From Eledone cirrhosa (taxonomy: Eukaryota), in assembly GCA_964016885.1 (NCBI GenBank), contig OZ024742.1, forward strand, positions 268,274,001 through 268,338,000: 64,000 bases of DNA, read 5' to 3'. A program made the translations under genes and the position numbers. Of this stretch, positions 55,801-64,000 are shown in pieces; positions within the stretch are counted from its first letter, which is position 1; each line of letters opens with the position of its first letter. The notes beneath the pieces were generated by a model, which saw nothing but the letters and a program-made list of their open reading frames with translations, was not told where the DNA came from and did not search any database.

Positions 55801-56800
55801 GATTTAAGTCAGTAATGTTTAGTTTGTTTGTGATGATAATGTTTTTGAGAATTATGTTAGTCTTGTGTATTATCTTTTGGTTCTGTTTGGAGTTCTGGAT
55901 CTTAGGGAGGGTGTCTCGTTCCCCCATGTCAGATTCTTTCATTTTCATCCATTCGATCATAATTTCATCCTTCAAGTTGGCAAGTTCATTCTCATTCATT
56001 TCTTTATCATTTACGATCTCATTATTTTCATTTGGAGTTTCATCCTGAGCATGCACTCCCTTCACTTTTTCGCTCCTTTCTTTAATTTGTTCTGTTGCCA
56101 GTGATTCCGCCCCAACTCTGGGATTCGAAGTGTTACAATTTACCTCGTTTTCACTGACACATGCTTCATTTTCCCTTCGCTGACTTTGTGCTACTAGCTT
56201 GATCTGATCAATTTCTATATCAGTTAGTAACTTTTTTCTTACAATATTTCTTCGTATATTGGCTAGTTTGTTACTGTCAATATAGCCTCTGTTTTCGGGA
56301 TGTTTCTTTTTCCAGTTGATATATGTTTGCTCTGTATTCGATGTATTTGATGGGTAGTACATGGCAGTGTAGAAAGCCTCAAGGACTTCTTTATTATCTT
56401 CCCTTGACCATTTTTCTCTCTTTTTCTTTGGATTTCTTGGTGGTGAGCATGGAGGGCCAACAGTAGGAGTATTCCGGTTATGGGAGGTCTCCAGCTCCGA
56501 AGTGATGGGAAGGTTTGAACCATTAGCTGATTTTTCGACCCCAGTCTGGTTCCTCTCTGAGGGACGCGGCCCTTTTTTACCCGGGTGACGGCCGATCCGG
56601 TATGAGATTTCATCATTAGACATCTACTTTATTTTGTCGCGTTTTATCCTTATCCGCCAAGGGGTAATCTTTTCGAGTTACCACTTCTAGAACGAGTGTC
56701 AACCAAGACTAGAGGGGTCGTTCTCCCCTAGAGACATGGCTATTCCCCGCCGGCCGCCATCCCGGTATTTCTTGGTCACGTGGTTTTCTTTTTGTTGTTT
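52850..56800 (-). mobile_element. R4/Dong-like LINE family B, apparently full-length, two frameshifts
   Basis: ORF pieces 55427-56623, 54783-55481 and 52990-54813: YMDD, CRVC..H..C, RHD, RPD, EKLSKY. Confidence 0.92.
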
Positions 56801-56968
56801 TTTTTAAATTGTTATTATCATGAGTGGTTCCTTAATGTGAGCATTGCGTGGCTTAAGAATGAAATTATTAATAATTGTCTCCACTCCAGGCACAAGGCCA
56901 GCAATCACCCAGTGCATTACAATAATATAATATACTTTTTGTTGTAGTTGGCTGTTATTGCTGCTGGC

Positions 56969-57002
<34 letters not shown>

Positions 57003-57012
57003 GTCATTGTTA

Positions 57013-58396
57013 TTCCTTGAATCTCAGTCATTGATGTTGGTTAACTGGAAAGTCCGTTGGATTGATTATCAAGCCACTACCTGCAGCCTCAGATATTCAG
57101 GACGTATCGGAGGGTTCTTGCTGTTCCAAGCAAGCATGCCTTTTGAAGCGTTCCAAAAAGCGTGAAGGGGCCGATTTTCTTTAACCATCCCTGGAAACTT
57201 TTGGAGATAGTCCCCAGTGCGCCTATGACAATCGGGATCACTTTGACTTCATGGCAGTTCCAAATCCTTTTCACCTCCCACTTTAGGTCCTGGTATCGGT
57301 TAATTTTCTCCCTCTCCTTCTCTTGCACTCTCGTGTCGAACGGGCAGGCCACATCCACAATCAGGCACGATCTTTTTTCTTTGTCCACAACCACCAGGTC
57401 AGGTCTATTGTGTTCCAGTTTTTTGTCCGTCTGTATCCTAAAATCCCACAGCACCTTCACCTGATTGTTCTCCATCACCGCCTCTGGCCTATGCTCATGC
57501 CATTTCTCAGAATGTGGTAAATTGTTTACTTTGCACAGGTGCCAGTGGATCACCCTGCCCATCACATCGTGTCTCCAGCCCTTATAGTGGGTCTGGGCTA
57601 GGTGTTTACACTCGGACACAATGTGAGCCACAGTCTCCTCTCTCTCTCCACAGATCCTGCACAGTGGGCTAGCCTCCTCCTTGTAGATATGGTGCTTCAA
57701 CCACTTCGTTTTGAGGGCCTGCTCCTGCGCAGCCATTAGCATTCCTTCTGTAGCCTTTTTAAGGTCTCCTCTTCTCAACCAGTTCCATGTCTGTGGATCT
57801 CTAAATTCAGTTTTCTCAAAGAAGGTACTATGAAGGGATTTTCCCTTAAGGCTGCTCTTCCTCCTTGATGTTATTTCCTCCTTGGACATCCCCTGGCCTA
57901 CTGTCCCCTCCTTCAGTACAGTTCTGAGCATTGTCTCCTTACTATAGGTCACGTATTTGTATAGGTTGTTTTTCTCCATCTGAACACAGTCCTCTATGCT
58001 GATAAGACCTCTTCCACCCTCAGATCTCCTTAGGTAGAGTCTATCGACATCACTCCTCTTGTGGAACATGTTGTAGATAGTCAATAGCTTCCTAGTCTTC
58101 CTATCCATTTCTTTTTGTTCAGCAACATTCCATCTCAGAATTCCCGCACTGTACCTAATAATAGACACAGCTCGGGAATTTACTGCGCTTATGGCATTTC
58201 TGCTGTTCAGATGTGACTTCAATACGCTCCTTACTCTCCGAATGTATTCAGTTCTTAACAATTCCTTCATTTTTTTGTTCTTTATGCCATCAGCCTCCAG
58301 AACGCCCAAATACTTGTATCCTTCCTCAGAGTCAATTTCCTTTATCATCTCACCTGTTGGTATCTGGATCCCGTTACTTCTGCTCAACCTACCCCT
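57013..58396 (-). mobile_element. R4/Dong-like family A, 5'-truncated young copy
   Basis: Open frame through CCHC and RLE; nearly identical to 60262-61985; (ATT)n flanks. Confidence 0.92.
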
Positions 58397-58423
58397 ATTA
58401 TTATTATTATTATTATTATTATA

Positions 58424-60236
58424 ATCTGCTCTGTGGTGAGAGTGAACGGTCACCTGTCGGAACCGTTCAACATCATGCGCTCGGTCCGCCAAGGATGTCC
58501 CCTCTCGTCCCTCTTGTACGTATTGACTCTCGAGCCATTACTGCACAAACTGGAGACGTTGAGGGGGGTCCCGCGCGAACTAGGATGCGGAAGATCCGTG
58601 TCAGCATATGCGGACGATGTCACCGTAGTGGTGTCGAACGCCAAACACATCGAGGCGATCGGCACTACACTAAGAGAATACGAAGCGGTGAGAGGAGCAA
58701 TGATCAACCAGCAAAAGTCAGTGGGCCTGCAGCTCGGCACCTGGAGAGGCAGGTCCATGCCGTCCAACAGCCTCGTCGGGCGCTGGACGGACGGACCGGT
58801 TAAATTGCTAGGGGTCTGGTTCGGTCCGGACCTCCAGACGGACAAAAACTGGGACGAGGTGACGAGCAGGGTGGCTTCTCTCACCCAGAAATGGGCGGAG
58901 AGGAAGCTATCCCTGAAAGGTCGAGCGGAGGTGGCTAACGCGTACATCGCGTCTGTCATCTGCTACCGCCTAACCGTCGTACCTTGTCCTAAGCCTCGCC
59001 TGACTGCGCTGGAGCGTTTGCTCTTTCGCTTTTTGTGGAAGGGACGTGCTCCGATGGTCAGGCGGTCCATCTGTTGTCAACACCCGCTACGTGGAGGGCT
59101 GGGCATGCCGTGGCTGATGATGCGCAGGCACGCGCTCAGGCTACGACATCTCCACCTCTTCCTCGACGGTGATCAGGTGTGGTCGCCGTTTGCTAGACGC
59201 GTTTTTCCCCAGCTCGTTTCCTTGACGGAGCTGCAGTCCTGGATCAAGCGAAGACCGAGAGGGAGCGCCTGGAGACTGGAATGTCTTCAGGCGCTCACAG
59301 CCCTCGAGCAATCGGGCAATGTGATCGGTGGAAACTCCACCTCGGCGTTCTATAGAGGATTAGTGGAGGGGAAGAGCGACGACGTACTTGGGGAAACTCT
59401 AGGCGTCGACGAAAATCAACTAGCCAATCTCTTCGGAAGAACTTTCGGGCCAGGGCCTATGGACAACTTCCAGAAATCTCTGGCCTGGCAGTGCTACCGA
59501 GGAGCCTTGCCAGTTCGGGATAAATTCTACAGGCATGGAGGTGCCGTCAGCCGGGCATGTCCGAGATGCGCGCAGGGCGACGAAACCGTCCTGCACGCAC
59601 TCGTCCAGTGTCCGAAAATTGCTGACTTGTGGGTTTATGTCGAACACCTGCTGTCGCGTTTAGGACGGATCCAGCTATCATCTGAGTCTATCGTGAGGAT
59701 TGCCCCGCCCTCCTCCTTTAGCCGGGAAGGGCAGGCAGTTTTTATCTGTCTGGTGGCCATGGCGAAAGAGATAGTATGGTGGACACGTTTGAAAGGGCTG
59801 AAGACGAGCACTTACCTCTTCGGTGATGCTCTGATCGACTTTTTCAAATTTCATTTGAAAAGGAAAATCAGAGTAGAGAAGGAAGTGCTCTCTTCCCAGC
59901 ATTTTGTTGAAAGATGGGTGAGAGAAGCAAGAATGGCCCGAGTGAATGGGCCGACTCTGAGTATATATCTGTAAACTAAAGGTGGAAAACTGGGAGAGGG
60001 CACTTGCCTTGGTGGTCAGGGTCATTGTGGCTTTTTACTGGGCTTTCTCCACAAATGTCCCTCCGAAGTCTCCCCCCTATTGGGGAATTTTTCATTGTTA
60101 TTTTCATTGTTATTTTTGTTACATCCTCTGTTTTTGTTTTTTTACACGCAGAAATGCCCATTTGTACCGTCCTGCATTGTCCTGCACTGTCCTTAATGTC
60201 TACTTTATGTAAACCCTTGTGGTTAATAAAGAAATC
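58424..60236 (+). mobile_element. Tx1/L1-like LINE, 5'-truncated young copy (open ORF2 part 58433-59974)
   Basis: VRQGCPLS, YADD, CPRC..ETVLH..C; (ATT)n flanks. Confidence 0.92.
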
Positions 60237-60261
60237 ATTATTATTATTATTGTTATTGTTA

Positions 60262-61985
60262 TTCCTTGAATCTCAGTCATTGATGTTGGTTAACTGGAAA
60301 GTCCGTTGGATTGAATATCAAGCCACTACCTGCAGCCTCAGATATTCAGGACGTATCGGAGGGTTCTTGCCGTTCCAAGCAAGCATGCCTTTTGAAGCGT
60401 TCCAAAAAGCGTGAAGGGGCCGATTTTCTTTAACCATCCCTGGAAACCTTTGGAGATAGTCCCCAGTGCGCCTATGACAATCGGGATCACTTTGACTTCA
60501 TGGCAGTTCCAAATCCTTTTCACCTCCCACTTTAGGTCCTGGTATCGGTTAATTTTCTCCCTCTCCTTCTCTTGCACTCTCGTGTCGAACGGGCAGGCCA
60601 CATCCACAATCAGGCACGATCTTTTTTCTTTGTCCACAACCACCAGGTCAGGTCTATTGTGTTCCAGTTTTTTGTCCATCTGTATCCTAAAATCCCACAG
60701 CACCTTCACCTGACTGTTCTCCATCACCGCCTCTGGCCTATGCTCATACCATTTCTCAGAATGTGGTAGATTGTTTACTTTGCACAGGTGCCAGTGGATC
60801 ACCCTGCCCATCACATCGTGTCTCCAGCCCTTATAGTGGGTCTGGGCTAGGTGTTTACACTCGGACACAATGTGAGCCACAGTCTCCTCTCTCTCTCCAC
60901 AGATCCTGCACAGTGGGCTAGCCTCCTCCTTGTAGATATGGTGCTTCAACCACTTCGTTTTGAGGGCCTGCTCCTGCGCAGCCATTAGCATTCCTTCTGT
61001 AGCCTTTTTGAGGTCTCCTCTTCTCAACCAGTTCCATGTCTGTGGATCTCTAAATTCAGTTTTCTCAAAGAAGGTACTATGAAGGGATTTTCCCTTAAGG
61101 CTGCTCTTCCTCCTTGATGTTATTTCCTCCTTGGGTATCCCCTGGCCTACTGTCCCCTCCTTCAGTACAGCTCTGAGCATTGGCTCCTTACTATAGGTCA
61201 CGTATTTGTATAGGTTGTTTTTCTCCATCTGAACACAGTCCTCTATGCTGATAAGACCTCTTCCACCCTCAGATCTCCTTAGGTAGAGTCTATCGACATC
61301 ACTCCTCTTGTGGAACATGTTGTAGATAGTCAATAGCTTCCTAGTCTTCCTATCCATTTCTTTTTGTTCAGCAACATTCCATCTCAGAATTCCCGCACTG
61401 TACCTAATAATAGACACAGCTCGGGAATTTACTGCGCTTATGGCATTTCTGCTGTTCAGATGTGACTTCAATACGCTCCTTACTCTCCGAATGTATTCAG
61501 TTCTTAACAATTCCTTCATTTTTTTGTTCTTTATGCCATCAGCCTCCAGAACGCCCAAATACTTGTATCCTTCCTCAGAGTCAATTTCCTTTATCATCTC
61601 ACCTGTTGGTATCTGGATCCCGTTACTTCTGCTCAACCTACCCCTCCTCATCACAATGACTCCACATTTACCAATACCAAACTGCATACATATATCACTG
61701 CTGAAAATACGGACAGTGTCAACAAGCACATCCAACTCCTTCTCACTTTTCCCGAAGAGCTTAAGATCGTCCATGAAGAGGAGGTGATTGATGGTAAGCT
61801 CTCCCCTTCCCAACTTGTATCCTGCTCTCACTTTTCGCAGCATAATGGTCAAGGGCATCAGGGCAAGGACAAACAACAGAGGGGACAGGCTATCTCCCTG
61901 GAAGATACCTCTCTTGATCTTCACGCTTCCCAAGGATACTCCAGTTGATGTCAACTCTGTCTCCCAGGACCCCATACTCCTGCCC
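60262..61985 (-). mobile_element. R4/Dong-like family A, 5'-truncated young copy
   Basis: Open frame from [13 protein letters not shown] to the RLE domain; (ATT)n flanks. Confidence 0.92.
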
Positions 61986-62016
<31 letters not shown>

Positions 62017-63039
62017 CATTATTAGTATTACTATTATATTTGGGAAGAGTCATCCTGTCCTGATATTACCAAAAAGTAGTAAAACACACTCACTGTTTTA
62101 ATATTTTTTGGCAATATTAGGATATGATCTTCTTCAAATATAACAATATTTGTTTCAAATTTCGGTTTGATGTGTAGAGATACATCTAGCCCACAACGGC
62201 CTTCACTAGAAAGACAATCTTCGAGAAAAAGCAACCCAGGGACAACAACAGCCAAAGCACGCTGGCAAACTATTCCATTTGTGACACAGTTATGTGCCAG
62301 CTAGCAGACGTTATATACCACATTCAATTCAACAAATGCAAAAATACACACGTATGCTCCTTTAGGAAACAATTAGACCAATGCACGAACAGCCACAAAT
62401 ATGTTACAGTTATTATTGAAGACAGGGGTAGGAAATAATCAAAGAAGGAATACTAATAGCTAAGCCCCAAATCAACAACATTGTACAACATAAAAAGTAT
62501 CACATGTAACTTCTGACATGATAACGGACACTCTAGTAATAGCCAACTCTATCTGACAATCACAACTAGGCACAACATATGACATGTACCCGTATGGATA
62601 CAGAGCCCAAACACATAACTTAATCCAGAAAAGCTGTGTTATCCTATTCTATTGCAGCATGCCAGAACATTTGCATTAAAAAAATTGGACATAAAAAAAA
62701 GTTTTATAAAAGCACACTTTATTTGACAGAAAAACACACACGCACACACAACAGTATACATGTCACTGCACATATGATGCCCCCTCTCCCATCACTTCCA
62801 GCAGGTATAAATAGAACACCGCTTGAAAGGAAACAAATGGGGAAACGTTAAAGAACATATGTAGGAACTCTGAGTCTGTCATTAACGTCTTCTGACGATA
62901 AGTGAATAACTAACAAGCCTTGCACAAGAAAGAACAAACTTTCCGCATATGTTACTGACATGCTCCGACAGGATATTCTCCGTCACTGAGTCTACGTTAC
63001 CTACACTGAGTGCTCTTTTAGATACCGAAGTTTGAAATG

Positions 63040-64000
63040 AATGCGCTTGGGACACGGCAAAGAAGATAGAAAAGTGTGTGACTGCTGGGATGTCCCCTTG
63101 CTTCACTCCATTGGCGATGGATATGCATTCAGACAGAGAAACATTGTAGTTAAACTTCCCTTTCCTGAGTAGATGTAGCTGTTAGAAGAATCTCATGAAA
63201 CCAGAGGGCATCCTATCTTACCAAGAATGATTCATAGGGTATCCCTATTCGCGGAATCACAAGATTTGATGAGGGAAAAAAAGTGGTACAAAGCCACGCG
63301 ATGTTTGAAAGATTTCTCTTTCAGTTGGCGAACCGAGATGATCATGTCCATTGTGACCCTGTCCGACCAAAAGACATATTGTATCTCCGGAATCACTCGA
63401 GGACAAATCCACTTGGTAATCCTATTAAGGAGATGTTTTGTAAACACATTACTCACTGCCTCAAGAAGGCTTATTCCCCGACAATTGCCACACACCGATA
63501 TTGACCCATTTCCCTTGAAAAAGGAAACAAGGACCGCATTAATCCAGTCTTGAGGAACAGGAGTAACCAACAAAATGTCAGAAATTAAATGGTAAATCGC
63601 AGCAGTAATTTTGTCAACTCAACGAAACAAGACCCCGACAGATATACCATCAAGACCCAGTGCCTTCCCAGTATTAATCTCCACTGCAGTATATTGGACC
63701 TCTGCCAGATTAGAATGATTTGCCATCTCATGAATTATAATAATCGAGGCAACTTATTTATGATATCTTTATTAAACTCCGAGGGATTATATAAGAAATC
63801 AGTAAAATCTTTATCTGAAGCACTCATAAACATTTGGTGAGCATCATTTTTTGGGCCTTCAATAGCTCGTTGATCTGTGAATCATTTTCTTCTAACTTGT
63901 CAGGATGTTTCTTTTCCATGAGATATAGGACTTCAACACTAGTGTTGGAGAGAGCTGTCTTAAACCGATCCCATGTGTGTCAAATTCAGTTTCTTCCAAA
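63040..64000 (-). pseudogene. Degenerate RTE-like LINE RT fragment
   Basis: VPQDW, CGNCRGISLL, PEIQ, DMIISVRQLKEK, GVKQG. The right boundary is uncertain. Confidence 0.75.

Noticed and set aside
57089-62053. Apparent novel N-termini with poly-Asn on ORFs 57089-58492 and 60338-62053
   Set aside because: Read-through across (AAT)n target tracts into neighbouring sequence; the elements are simply 5'-truncated.

Overview
Eukaryotic, AT-rich, microsatellite-saturated DNA. The SINEs and repeat content suggest a coleoid cephalopod such as Octopus (inference). Almost all coding capacity is transposon-derived, and most of the ORF track is translated simple repeat. (1) 0.5-35.5 kb holds at least four families of Penelope-like retroelements (RT + C-terminal GIY-YIG, Naiad-like) inserted in (TA)n/(CA)n tracts, several with tail-to-tail inverted arms. 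Their terminal repeats carry type I hammerhead ribozyme (HHR) folds. Four unrelated families split the catalytic core with a 72-116 nt stem II insert, two have a compensatory U3:A8 core, and tiny fold-back derivatives share fixed, asymmetric ends. (2) 43-62 kb is a ~19 kb array in which Tx1/L1-like LINEs (always +) and R4/Dong-like LINEs (always -) are stacked in (ATT)n tracts. (3) Also present: a complete but dead Tc1 element, a mariner fragment, two non-autonomous Helitrons, tRNA-derived SINEs, an RTE-like fragment, and a few candidate minus-strand exons of an unidentified host gene. Folds and alignments were done by eye; boundaries are approximate.
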